DNA of 64,000 nucleotides. Origin: Escherichia coli (GTDB taxonomy: Bacteria > Pseudomonadota > Gammaproteobacteria > Enterobacterales > Enterobacteriaceae). The position numbers and the translations under genes were made by a program. Shown here one piece after another: positions 11,001 through 20,400 of the stretch. The first letter of the stretch is position 1; the number at the start of each line of letters is the position of its first letter. The notes beneath the pieces are model-generated. The model was not told the origin of the DNA, did no database searches, and was given only the letters and a program-made list of their open reading frames with translations. Location of the stretch: NCBI RefSeq assembly GCF_002854065.1, contig NZ_CP024147.1. One strand, written 5' to 3'.

Positions 11001-11582
11001 GGCCTGCGGCATGAGATCAAGAATAGTGTCATCGGCCAGCGGGACAATTTTATTGATTTCGTGGGACGTACGGAAACCATCAAAGAAATGAATAAATGGC
11101 ACGCGGCTTTTCAGCGTCGCGATGTGCGAAATGAGAGCAAAGTCTTGCGCTTCCTGGACGTTTGCCGCACACAACATCGCGCAACCCGTCTGGCGCACCG
11201 CCATGACGTCGGAATGATCGCCAAAAATAGAGAGTGCATGTGTGGCAACGGTACGTGCCGCTACATGCAGGACAAACGGTGTGAGTTCGCCTGCCAGTTT
11301 GTACAGCGTCGGGATCATCAGCAGCAAACCCTGCGATGACGTAAACGATGTTGAAAGGGCACCCGTCTGCAAAGCGCCATGCACGGTAGCGATAGCACCC
11401 GCTTCCGACTGCATTTCAACCACGCGTGGTGTGTCTCCCCAAACGTTCTTCAAGCCGTTTCCGGCCCAGGCATCAGCCTGTTCTGCCATCGTGGAACTGG
11501 GGGTAATAGGGTAGATGGCGATAACTTCACTGGTGCGAAACGCCACCGAAGCAACCGCGCCATTACCGTCAATAGTAATCAT
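8058..11582 (-). CDS. pfo: Pyruvate:flavodoxin oxidoreductase (PFOR family)
   Basis: 1174-aa ORF with 4Fe-4S ferredoxin cysteine clusters (CTQCNHCVAACP, CTGCNLCVEVCP) and a TPP-binding domain; recognised as YdbK. Confidence 0.92.
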   Translation of the reverse strand: MITIDGNGAVASVAFRTSEVIAIYPITPSSTMAEQADAWAGNGLKNVWGDTPRVVEMQSEAGAIATVHGALQTGALSTSFTSSQGLLLMIPTLYKLAGELTPFVLHVAARTVATHALSIFGDHSDVMAVRQTGCAMLCAANVQEAQDFALISHIATLKSRVPFIHFFDGFRTSHEINKIVPLADDTILDLMPQAEIDAHRARALNPEHPVIRGTSANPDTYFQSREATNPWYNAVYDHVEQAMNDFSAATGRQYQPFEYYGHPQAERVIILMGSAIGTCEEVVDELLTRGEKVGVLKVRLYRPFSAKHLLQALPGSVRSVAVLDRTKEPGAQAEPLYLDVMTALAEAFNNGERETLPRVIGGRYGLSSKEFGPDCVLAVFAELNAAKPKARFTVGIYDDVTNLSLPLPENTLPNSAKLEALFYGLGSDGSVSATKNNIKIIGNSTPWYAQGYFVYDSKKAGGLTVSHLRVSEQPIRSAYLISQADFVGCHQLQFIDKYQMAERLKPGGIFLLNTPYSADEVWSRLPQEVQAVLNQKKACFYVINAAKIARECGLAARINTVMQMAFFHLTQILPGDSALAELQGAIAKSYSSKGQDLVERNWQALALARESVEEVPLQPVNPHSANRPPVVSDAAPDFVKTVTAAMLAGLGDALPVSALPPDGTWPMGTTRWEKRNIAEEIPIWKEELCTQCNHCVAACPHSAIRAKVVPPEAMENAPASLHSLDVKSRDMRGQKYVLQVAPEDCTGCNLCVEVCPAKDRQNPEIKAINMMSRLEHVEEEKINYDFFLNLPEIDRSKLERIDIRTSQLITPLFEYSGACSGCGETPYIKLLTQLYGDRMLIANATGCSSIYGGNLPSTPYTTDANGRGPAWANSLFEDNAEFGLGFRLTVDQHRVRVLRLLDQFADKIPAELLTALKSDATPEVRREQVAALRQQLNDVAEAHELLRDADALVEKSIWLIGGDGWAYDIGFGGLDHVLSLTENVNILVLDTQCYSNTGGQASKATPLGAVTKFGEHGKRKARKDLGVSMMMYGHVYVAQISLGAQLNQTVKAIQEAEAYPGPSLIIAYSPCEEHGYDLALSHDQMRQLTATGFWPLYRFDPRRADEGKLPLALDSRPPSEALEETLLHEQRFRRLNSQQPEVAEQLWKDAAADLQKRYDFLAQMAGKAEKSNTD

Positions 11583-11855
11583 ATGACACCCTTACATTGC
11601 GCAAATGAGGGGCGCACGAAATTGCTGCGCGCCCAGTAGTAATCTTTCAATTTTAGCAAATGGCTTTCTTCTGCATTTTCGCTTTTGTGTCCCCCACATC
11701 AGAGTAATGAATGTTTTGATCAAACAGAGGGCAAAAAAATAGCCATAAAAAAGTAAAAATGCGGGGCAACGCGCAGGACAGCTCTCGACGCCGCCCTCTG
11801 TGCTGCCTATTATTTATGGCGGTGTCGTTTGGCTTGAAGATCAGAGGAAGAAGAG

Positions 11856-12122
11856 ATGCGAGCAGCGTTTTGGGTAGGGTGTGCCGCTTTATTGTTGTCG
11901 GCGTGTAGTAGTGAGCCTGTTCAGCAGGCGACTGCGGCGCACGTAGCGCCAGGTTTAAAAGCGTCGATGTCCAGTAGTGGAGAAGCAAATTGTGCAATGA
12001 TCGGCGGTTCGCTTTCTGTTGCCCGTCAACTGGATGGTACGGCGATTGGGATGTGTGCATTACCCAACGGCAAACGCTGTAGCGAACAGTCACTTGCCGC
12101 CGGGAGCTGTGGCAGCTATTAA
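11856..12122 (+). CDS. ydbJ: Small lipoprotein YdbJ (DUF333)
   Basis: 88-aa ORF with lipobox LLSAC. Confidence 0.8.
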   Translation: MRAAFWVGCAALLLSACSSEPVQQATAAHVAPGLKASMSSSGEANCAMIGGSLSVARQLDGTAIGMCALPNGKRCSEQSLAAGSCGSY

Positions 12123-12541
12123 TTCATTAAATCCGCCAGCTTATAAGTTAATGTCTGTTTCGCGGTCGCCAGCGTTAACTGGTTCGCGGTCAGATCCACT
12201 TGTGCACCTTCTTTCAGCATTTCGCTAATGGTGTTATCGAGTTCATTAAGCTGCGGGTTAGCGCACATCATACGGGTCATTGCCAGCCCTTTGGCTGTCA
12301 GTTCACCATTAGACAGTTTGCCTTCACCGCTAAAGCGGTTACACATGCTGCCGGAAATCATCATTTTTTCACCAAAGCTGATTTCTGGCGGATTTTTATC
12401 GCTGGTCACGGGCTTACCGTTTACGCTTTCCAGCACAAAGCGATGATGCTGTAGCTGTTCTGGCGTAACAGCAATTTTGTCATTACTTACACATCCCGCC
12501 ATCAGCAGGCTTAGCGCAACAAACGCGGCTACTTTCTTCAT
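12119..12541 (-). CDS. hslJ: Heat-shock lipoprotein HslJ
   Basis: 140 aa from MKKVAAFVALSLLMAGC (lipobox). The ORF-track start at 12553 is a 4-codon extension. Confidence 0.88.
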   Translation of the reverse strand: MKKVAAFVALSLLMAGCVSNDKIAVTPEQLQHHRFVLESVNGKPVTSDKNPPEISFGEKMMISGSMCNRFSGEGKLSNGELTAKGLAMTRMMCANPQLNELDNTISEMLKEGAQVDLTANQLTLATAKQTLTYKLADLMN

Positions 12542-12651
12542 TGTGGTTCTCAATTACAGTTTCTGACTCAGGACTATTTTAAGAATAGAGAATGAAAGGT
12601 CATTGGGGATTATCTGAATCAGCTCCCCTGGATTGCAGGGGAGCGGCAAGA

Positions 12652-13641
12652 TTAAACCAGTTCGTTCGGGCAGGTTTCACCTTTTTCCAGATTGCTTAAG
12701 TTTTGCAGCGTAGTCTGAGAAATACTGGTCAGAGCTTCTGCTGTCAGGAATGCCTGGTGCCCGGTAAACAGCACGTTGTGGCAGGCGGACAGGCGACGGA
12801 ATACGTCATCCTGGATCACGTCGTTGGATTTATCTTCAAAGAACAGATCGCGTTCGTTCTCATACACGTCCATACCCAACGAACCAATTTTCTGATTTTT
12901 CAGCGCTTCAATTGCTGCCTGAGAATCAATCAATGCACCGCGACTGGTATTGACGATCATCACGCCATTTTTCATCTGATCGAAGGCGGCTTCGTTCAAC
13001 AGATGGTAGTTTTCCGGTGTCAGCGGGCAGTGCAGAGAGATAACGTCTGATTCAGAGAACAGGGTTGGCAGATCGACATACTCCACACCGAGTTCCAGCG
13101 CCGCTGCACTTGGATACGGATCGAACGCCAGCAGACGCATACCAAAACCTTTCAGAATGCGCAGCATCGCCACACCGATTTTACCGGTACCGATAACGCC
13201 TGCCGTTTTGCCATACATAGTAAAGCCAGTCAGACCTTCTAGAGAGAAGTTGGCGTCACGGGTACGCTGATACGCGCGGTGAATACGGCGGTTCAGCGTC
13301 ATCATCATACCGATGGCGTGTTCAGCAACGGCCTCTGGATCATAGGCTGGAACACGGACTACTTTCAGCCCCAGTTCTTTTGCCGCGTCAAGGTCGACGT
13401 TATTGAAACCGGCACAGCGCAGGGCGATATATTTAACGCCGTGCTTTTTCAGCTCTTCCAGCACCGGGCGGCTGCCGTCATCGTTTACGAAAATACATAC
13501 TGCTTCGCAGCCATTGGCAGTTTTAGCGGTTTTTTCCGTCAGCAGAAAGTCAAAAAATTCCAGCTCAAAGCCAAAGGACTCGTTCACCTGTTGCAGGTAC
13601 TTCTTGTCGTACTGTTTTGTGCTATAAACGGCGAGTTTCAT
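12652..13641 (-). CDS. ldhA: Fermentative D-lactate dehydrogenase (NAD-dependent)
   Basis: 329-aa ORF with D-isomer 2-hydroxyacid dehydrogenase NAD-binding motif GVIGTGKIG. Confidence 0.95.
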   Translation of the reverse strand: MKLAVYSTKQYDKKYLQQVNESFGFELEFFDFLLTEKTAKTANGCEAVCIFVNDDGSRPVLEELKKHGVKYIALRCAGFNNVDLDAAKELGLKVVRVPAYDPEAVAEHAIGMMMTLNRRIHRAYQRTRDANFSLEGLTGFTMYGKTAGVIGTGKIGVAMLRILKGFGMRLLAFDPYPSAAALELGVEYVDLPTLFSESDVISLHCPLTPENYHLLNEAAFDQMKNGVMIVNTSRGALIDSQAAIEALKNQKIGSLGMDVYENERDLFFEDKSNDVIQDDVFRRLSACHNVLFTGHQAFLTAEALTSISQTTLQNLSNLEKGETCPNELV

Positions 13642-13848
13642 AAGACTTTCTCCAGTGATGTTGAATCACATTTAAGCTACTAAAAATATTTTACAAAATT
13701 TCAAATTTAATTGAAAGCTATGGCGATATTGAAAAATTCATCAACAACTATGCTTAGTGTAGGCGCAACCTTCAACTGAACGGTTAAACATGCCACAATA
13801 CCCGTATTGAATGCTTAATTTTTCGCTAAATCAGGATATTAACTACCC

Positions 13849-16488
13849 ATGCTGGGTAAATATAAAGCCGTTCTCGCGCTGTTATTACTGATTATTCTTG
13901 TGCCGTTGACGCTGCTGATGACGCTCGGGCTGTGGGTTCCCACGCTGGCGGGCATCTGGCTACCGCTCGGGACACGTATTGCATTAGATGAAAGCCCACG
14001 CATTACGCGTAAAGGTTTAATCATTCCCGATCTCCGTTATCTGGTGGGAGATTGTCAGCTTGCGCATATCACCAACGCCAGCCTTTCACATCCCAGCCGC
14101 TGGTTATTGAACGTCGGCACGGTAGAACTTGATTCTGCTTGTCTGGCGAAATTGCCGCAGACGGAGCAATCGCCAGCTGCTCCAAAAACCCTCGCGCAAT
14201 GGCAGTCCATGCTGCCTAACACCTGGATCAATATTGATAAACTGATTTTTTCTCCCTGGCAGGAATGGCAGGGAAAACTCTCTCTCGCATTAACCTCCGA
14301 TATCCAGCAACTGCGTTATCAGGGCGAAAAAGTTAAATTTCAAGGCCAGCTGAAAGGGCAACAACTTACAGTCAGCGAACTGGATGTCGTCGCGTTTGAA
14401 AATCAGCCGCCGGTTAAACTGGTGGGGGAATTTACTATGCCGCTAGTGCCGGATGGACTTCCTGTAAGTGGTCATGCTACTGCGACGTTAAACTTGCCGC
14501 AGGAACCGTCACTGGTAGATGCCGAGCTGGACTGGCAGGAAAATAGCGGGCAATTGATTGTGCTGGCACGGGATAACGGCGATCCGTTGCTCGATTTGCC
14601 GTGGCAAATTACGCGTCAACAATTGACCGTAAGCGATGGTCGCTGGAGCTGGCCGTATGCAGATTTTCCTTTGAGTGGCCGACTGGGTGTCAAAGTCGAC
14701 AACTGGCAGGCAGGGCTTGAGAACGCTCTGGTCAGCGGACGACTGAGTGTGCTGACCCAGGGGCAAGCGGGTAAGGGCAACGCGGTGCTTAATTTTGGCC
14801 CAGGAAAATTAAGCATGGATAACAGCCAGCTGCCTCTGCAGCTGACCGGTGAAGCGAAACAGGCGGACCTCATTTTATATGCCCGTTTACCTGCGCAGGT
14901 AAGTGGAAGTCTGTCTGACCCAACGCTGACCTTTGAGCCAGGCGCGTTACTTCGTTCAAAGGGAAGAGTCATCGATTCGCTGGACATCGATGAAATCCGC
15001 TGGCCTTTAGCGGGTGTAAAAGTCACCCAACGTGGTGTTGACGGACGTTTGCAGGCCATTTTGCAGGCGCATGAAAATGAACTGGGCGATTTCGTGCTGC
15101 ATATGGATGGGCTGGCGAATGATTTTCTCCCTGACGCTGGCCGCTGGCAGTGGCGCTACTGGGGAAAAGGGAGTTTTACACCGATGAATGCCACCTGGGA
15201 TGTCGCAGGAAAAGGTGAGTGGCATGACAGCACGATTACGCTGACCGATCTCTCCACCGGTTTCGACCAGTTACAATACGGTACGATGACGGTAGAAAAG
15301 CCGCGATTAATTCTCGACAAGCCCGTCGTCTGGGTACGTGACGCACAGCATCCCTCCTTCAGCGGCACGCTGTCACTGGACGCCGGGCAAACGCTGTTCA
15401 CTGGCGGCAGTGTGTTACCGCCATCAACCTTAAAATTTAGCGTCGATGGGCGCGATCCGACGTATTTCCTCTTTAAAGGCGATTTACATGCTGGTGAGAT
15501 TGGCCCGGTTCGGGTAAATGGTCGCTGGGACGGTATTCGTCTGCGCGGTAATGCCTGGTGGCCTAAACAATCACTGACTGTATTCCAGCCGCTGGTGCCA
15601 CCCGACTGGAAGATGAACTTACGCGATGGTGAACTGTATGCTCAGGTTGCATTTTCTGCTGCGCCTGAACAAGGATTCCGCGCGGGAGGGCACGGCGTGT
15701 TGAAAGGCGGTAGTGCCTGGATGCCAGATAATCAGGTTAACGGTGTCGATTTTGTCCTGCCTTTCCGTTTTGCCGATGGAGCCTGGCATCTGGGGACTCG
15801 CGGCCCCGTTACGTTGCGAATTGCCGAAGTGATTAATCTGGTGACAGCGAAAAATATTACGGCTGATTTGCAAGGGCGTTATCCGTGGACTGAAGAAGAA
15901 CCATTGCTGTTGACTGATGTTAGCGTCGATGTGTTAGGCGGTAACGTGCTGATGAAACAATTACGTATGCCGCAACATGACCCGGCGCTGTTGCGGCTGA
16001 ATAATCTCTCATCCAGCGAACTGGTTAGCGCCGTCAATCCGAAACAATTTGCCATGTCCGGGGCATTTAGTGGTGCATTGCCGTTATGGCTGAACAATGA
16101 AAAATGGATTGTCAAAGAGGGCTGGTTGGCAAACGCGGGGCCGATGACGCTGCGTCTGGATAAAGACACTGCAGATGCGGTGGCCAAAGACAATATGACC
16201 GCTGGAACTGCCATCAACTGGTTGCGTTATATGGAAATCAGTCGCTCATCAACAAGGATTAATTTAGATAATCTCGGTGTGTTAACCATGCAGGCCAACA
16301 TTTCGGGCACCAGTCGCGTCGATGGTAAAAGCGGTACGGTAAACCTTAATTATCACCATGAAGAGAATATTTTTACGTTATGGCGCAGTTTACGCTTTGG
16401 CGATAATCTCCAGGTATGGCTGGAGCAGAATGCCCAGCTACCGGAAACTGGCTGCCCATCAGGAAAAGAGTGTGAGGAAAAACAATGA
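13849..16488 (+). CDS. ydbH: AsmA-like inner-membrane protein YdbH (TamB/YhdP paralogue)
   Basis: 879-aa ORF with N-terminal TM anchor and a long beta-rich periplasmic region. Confidence 0.88.
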   Translation: MLGKYKAVLALLLLIILVPLTLLMTLGLWVPTLAGIWLPLGTRIALDESPRITRKGLIIPDLRYLVGDCQLAHITNASLSHPSRWLLNVGTVELDSACLAKLPQTEQSPAAPKTLAQWQSMLPNTWINIDKLIFSPWQEWQGKLSLALTSDIQQLRYQGEKVKFQGQLKGQQLTVSELDVVAFENQPPVKLVGEFTMPLVPDGLPVSGHATATLNLPQEPSLVDAELDWQENSGQLIVLARDNGDPLLDLPWQITRQQLTVSDGRWSWPYADFPLSGRLGVKVDNWQAGLENALVSGRLSVLTQGQAGKGNAVLNFGPGKLSMDNSQLPLQLTGEAKQADLILYARLPAQVSGSLSDPTLTFEPGALLRSKGRVIDSLDIDEIRWPLAGVKVTQRGVDGRLQAILQAHENELGDFVLHMDGLANDFLPDAGRWQWRYWGKGSFTPMNATWDVAGKGEWHDSTITLTDLSTGFDQLQYGTMTVEKPRLILDKPVVWVRDAQHPSFSGTLSLDAGQTLFTGGSVLPPSTLKFSVDGRDPTYFLFKGDLHAGEIGPVRVNGRWDGIRLRGNAWWPKQSLTVFQPLVPPDWKMNLRDGELYAQVAFSAAPEQGFRAGGHGVLKGGSAWMPDNQVNGVDFVLPFRFADGAWHLGTRGPVTLRIAEVINLVTAKNITADLQGRYPWTEEEPLLLTDVSVDVLGGNVLMKQLRMPQHDPALLRLNNLSSSELVSAVNPKQFAMSGAFSGALPLWLNNEKWIVKEGWLANAGPMTLRLDKDTADAVAKDNMTAGTAINWLRYMEISRSSTRINLDNLGVLTMQANISGTSRVDGKSGTVNLNYHHEENIFTLWRSLRFGDNLQVWLEQNAQLPETGCPSGKECEEKQ

Positions 16489-16670
16489 AAATAGTGATAG
16501 CCGCGTTTGCGTCCTCTTTTATGTTGGTTGGTTGCACGCCTCGCATTGAAGTGGCTGCGCCGAAAGAGCCAATCACCATTAATATGAACGTTAAAATTGA
16601 GCATGAAATCATCATTAAAGCGGATAAGGACGTTGAAGACCTGCTCAAAACCCGTAGCGATCTATTTTGA
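16485..16670 (+). CDS. ynbE: Lipoprotein YnbE
   Basis: 61-aa ORF with lipobox MLVGC; 4-bp overlap (ATGA) with the ydbH stop. Confidence 0.85.
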   Translation: MKIVIAAFASSFMLVGCTPRIEVAAPKEPITINMNVKIEHEIIIKADKDVEDLLKTRSDLF

Positions 16671-16674
16671 GGTG

Positions 16675-17001
16675 ATGATGAAAAGAACATTACTCATAGC
16701 TGTATGGGCCATTGGCCTGATGAGCGACAGTGCAATGGCTTTAACCCTGAACGAAGCCAGAAGTCAGGGGCGGGTAGGTGAAACGCTTAACGGTTACCTG
16801 GTGGCGCTACAAACGGATGCCGAAACACAGGCATTAGTAAAAGATATTAATGAAGCTCGTAACCATAGTTATCAACAACTGGCAAAGCAAAATAATGTAT
16901 CCACTAAAGAGATAGCCAAACTGGCTGGACAAAAGCTTGTTGCTCGCGCGAAGTCGGGGCAATATGTTCAGGGAATTAATGGTAAATGGTTGCGCAAATA
17001 A
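16675..17001 (+). CDS. ydbL: Periplasmic protein YdbL (DUF1318)
   Basis: 108 aa from MMKRTLLIAVWAIGLMSDSAMA (signal peptide); start 5 bp after the ynbE stop. Confidence 0.82.
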   Translation: MMKRTLLIAVWAIGLMSDSAMALTLNEARSQGRVGETLNGYLVALQTDAETQALVKDINEARNHSYQQLAKQNNVSTKEIAKLAGQKLVARAKSGQYVQGINGKWLRK

Positions 17002-17408
17002 ATTATAGTTGGCTACAAAATGTATCTATTAATGATCTTTTACAGTATTTAAACTGACGTTAGCATGCTTAATTACCGTGGGTATTTCTACAAAAACCTT
17101 ATATATCCTTCCCTTAAATAACAAATCATTACCAATATATATGTAATCACAAAATATATATGCAGCGTCAATGAATTATTAGTGTGTTTTTGTTTTTTGT
17201 CGTTAATTTTTAGATTGAAGTGAGTTTTTTGTGGAATATAATTCCATCAACTGTTTTTTTGTATGCTTTTACTTGCCTGATTTTAATATTGATTTTGTGA
17301 ATTATATAAGCATTTCTTTATTGCTTATTTCACTATGAATATTTACTACGATTTATCTTCAAATTCTGCATGGCTTGTTACGCACGGTCTAGATCTAAGG
17401 AATTTTAT

Positions 17409-20400
17409 ATGCAAAGGAAAAAATTATTGTCTGTTTGTGTTGCCATGGCGTTAAGTAGCCAGACATGGGCTGCGGATACTTCAATACCCGACTCAACCGA
17501 AAAAACACGTAAGTCCAGTAAGATAACATGTCCGGCAAATATTCATTCCCTGAGCAAAGAGCAGCTAGAAAATTTATCCGCGGAGTGCAGAGAAAATAAA
17601 GATAGTGCAGTTTTACCATGGGCAGCTGCAGGTCTTGCTGCAGTAGCTACGGGAATTGCTATATATACCTTAAGTGACGATGACAATCACCACCATAATA
17701 ACTCCCCAGTTCCGGATGATGGCGGTGATACGCCAGTTCCGCCAGACGACGGCGGTGATACGCCGGTTCCGCCAGATGACGGCGGTGATACGCCGGTTCC
17801 GCCAGATGACGGCGGTGATACGCCAGTTCCGCCAGATGACGGCGGTGATACGCCAGTTCCGCCAGATGACGGCGATGATACGCCGGTTCCGCCAGATGAC
17901 GGCGGTGATACGCCAGTTCCGCCAGATGACGGCGGTGATACGCCAGTTCCGCCAGATGACGGCGGTGATACGCCGGTTCCACCAGATGATGGCGGTGATA
18001 CGCCAGTTCCAGACGACGGCGGTGATACGCCTGTTCCGCCAGACGATGGTGGCGATACCCCGGTTAAACACGATCCTGTCGTCTATAAAAATGACGTAAC
18101 CTGGGATCAGGACGCGAAAACCGTCAAAATTCGCGAAACCACCTTTACCTACAGCCAAAATGCCGATGGGAGTTACACCTTAACCGCGCCTGATGGCCTG
18201 ACGACGATAGTCAAGGGCTGGACAGTCCATGACGACAGCAACACCGTCATCTTTGATGGCGTAAATACGGCAGGTGGCATCACCTGGAGCTACGACGATG
18301 ATGGGCTCATCCATATCACTAAAGAGGCCGGTGTCGTTGTTGATGGCACAACCGGAACTGCGATTGATTTTGGTAATGCGATCATCACCGATCAGGGCGG
18401 CAATACGGCGCTGAATGGCGGTACTGTCATGACGGTTGAGGGTGACAACATCACCCTCAACAACGACGGTAAAACGACCGCCATCGGCGAGGGTTCGGTC
18501 GTTGGTATCCTTACTGGTGACGATATCACTATCAATAACAACGGCGAGACGGAAGTTGACGGCGGTACCGCAGTAATCATCAATGGCGATAATGCTACGC
18601 TGAACACTGCGGGCGACTCGACCATCACCAATGGTGGTACGGGTAGCCTTATCAATGGCGATAATGCGCGGGTCGATAATCAAGGTACCATGAGCGTTGA
18701 CGGTGAGAATTCCACTGGCTCGAAAATTGTCGGTGACGGTGCCACCATCAAACAGGAAGGCGACTTATACGTAAGCGGTGGTGCGCACGGTATTGACGTT
18801 GACGGCAATGATACGTTCGTTAGCAACAAAGGTAATATTACGGTCATCGAAGATAACTCTATTGGCATGCTGCTTGATGGTGATGGCGTCAGCGTGATCA
18901 ACATGGGCGACCTCAATGTTGGTCAGGCCGCAGCGGGTGAAAATGCCATTGGCATTCAGATCGACGGTGATAATGCGACATTTGTTAACGTTGGTGATAT
19001 TTCCGCGACCAATGCCGGAACCGGTGTCAGCGTTGCTGGGGATAAAGCTAATATTTCACTCGCGGGTGGGTTAGACGTTGGGGATTTCTCCACCGGTCTT
19101 GATGTCTCTGGCAATAATAACAACATGACGCTGGCGACTTATGAGCTGAATGTGACAGGGCAAAAAGCGACGGGTGTTAATGTTTCGGGTGATGGCAATA
19201 CGATTGAAATCGCAGGCAGCATTCTGGTTGATAAAGATCAGAAAGCCGATAATGCGCAACCTTACTTCTTTAATCCCTCAACCGGCGTAAATATCAGCGG
19301 TAATAACAATGACGTCACGCTGGATGGTCAGTTAACCGTTGTTGCTGATAGCGAAACCACTACGCGTTCCTATGCAAGTTACGACGGTGCTCAGGAGCAC
19401 ATTGCGGGTATTGTTATTGCTGGCGATGACAATACCTTCACGCTTAATGGCGGTGTCCATTTTGTCGGTGAAAAAAATGTCATGGATGATGGCTCAAAAC
19501 CTGCCGCATCTCGTCGTGGTATCGGAGATACACCGCTTATGAGCGTTGATGGGCATTCCTCAGTCTACCTCAATGGTGAGTCAACCATCAGCGGTGAGTT
19601 CCCGCTGGGTTTCGAAAATCTCATTCAACTGAGTAATGGCGCGGAGCTGGAGATTGGCGCTGACGCAACGTTTGATATGAGTGATGTGGATTCTTTCACT
19701 TATTATTATCGTGTAGCGTTATCCACTATTAGTATTGATTATGGTGCGAAGGCGACAAACAACGGTGAAGTGGAACTGAAAAATATCGGTTTTGCGGCTG
19801 CCTGGAATAAAGATTCAACGGTAATCAATAACGGATCCATTGGCCTGGCGATGTACGATTTTGGTACCGACCCGGCACCAAAAGTCTTTGACGTTGAATA
19901 CGGTGGGATTGGCGTTAACAATGGTACCATGACCACCAAAATGATGAATCAGCACAGTGTGCTGAATTATCCGGCAGAGTGGAACTTGTCTGATGGTACC
20001 TCTTTCAATAACAAGGCATTAGGGCTGACAGGTATGCTTGCCAGCTACTCGTCATCCATTCTGAACGGCGAAACGGGCATTATTGATATGTATGGCCGTG
20101 GCAGTGTAGGGATGCTAGCCATCGATAAATCAACCGCGGATAACGAAGGGCAAATCACCCTGGATACGCTGTGGGTTGATGAAAATGATGAAACATCGCT
20201 GCGTAATAATGTTGCAAATAGCACGGCGAAAGATTTCGGTGTGGGAATGGCTTCAGGTACCGATGCCTATAATGGGGCATTAACTAAAGCCACGGCAACC
20301 AACCACGAGAATGGTGTGATTACTGTCTACAACGCCGGTGCGGGGATGGCGGCGTATGGGAATACTAATACGGTCATTAACCAGGGAACCATCAACCTGG

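Noticed and set aside
11653-12093. 146-aa minus-strand ORF between pfo and hslJ
   Set aside because: Overlaps the ydbJ lipoprotein gene on the opposite strand and the pfo promoter region; no ribosome-binding site or recognisable domain.
12554-12651. Hairpin CTCCCCTG-caatc-CAGGGGAG between hslJ and ldhA as a terminator
   Set aside because: No adjacent U-tract on either strand; could be a REP-like or structural element, but not callable as an intrinsic terminator.
17706-18064. Regular 30-bp direct repeats, checked as a possible CRISPR array
   Set aside because: The repeats are contiguous with no unique spacers, sit in-frame within a coding sequence, and encode a peptide repeat; there are no cas genes nearby.
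17659-18158. Several ORFs on both strands (for example 17670..18158 minus, 17674..18099 plus) with highly repetitive translations
   Set aside because: They lie entirely within the 30-bp tandem-repeat block of ydbA; any frame through a tandem repeat stays open, so these are artefacts, not genes.
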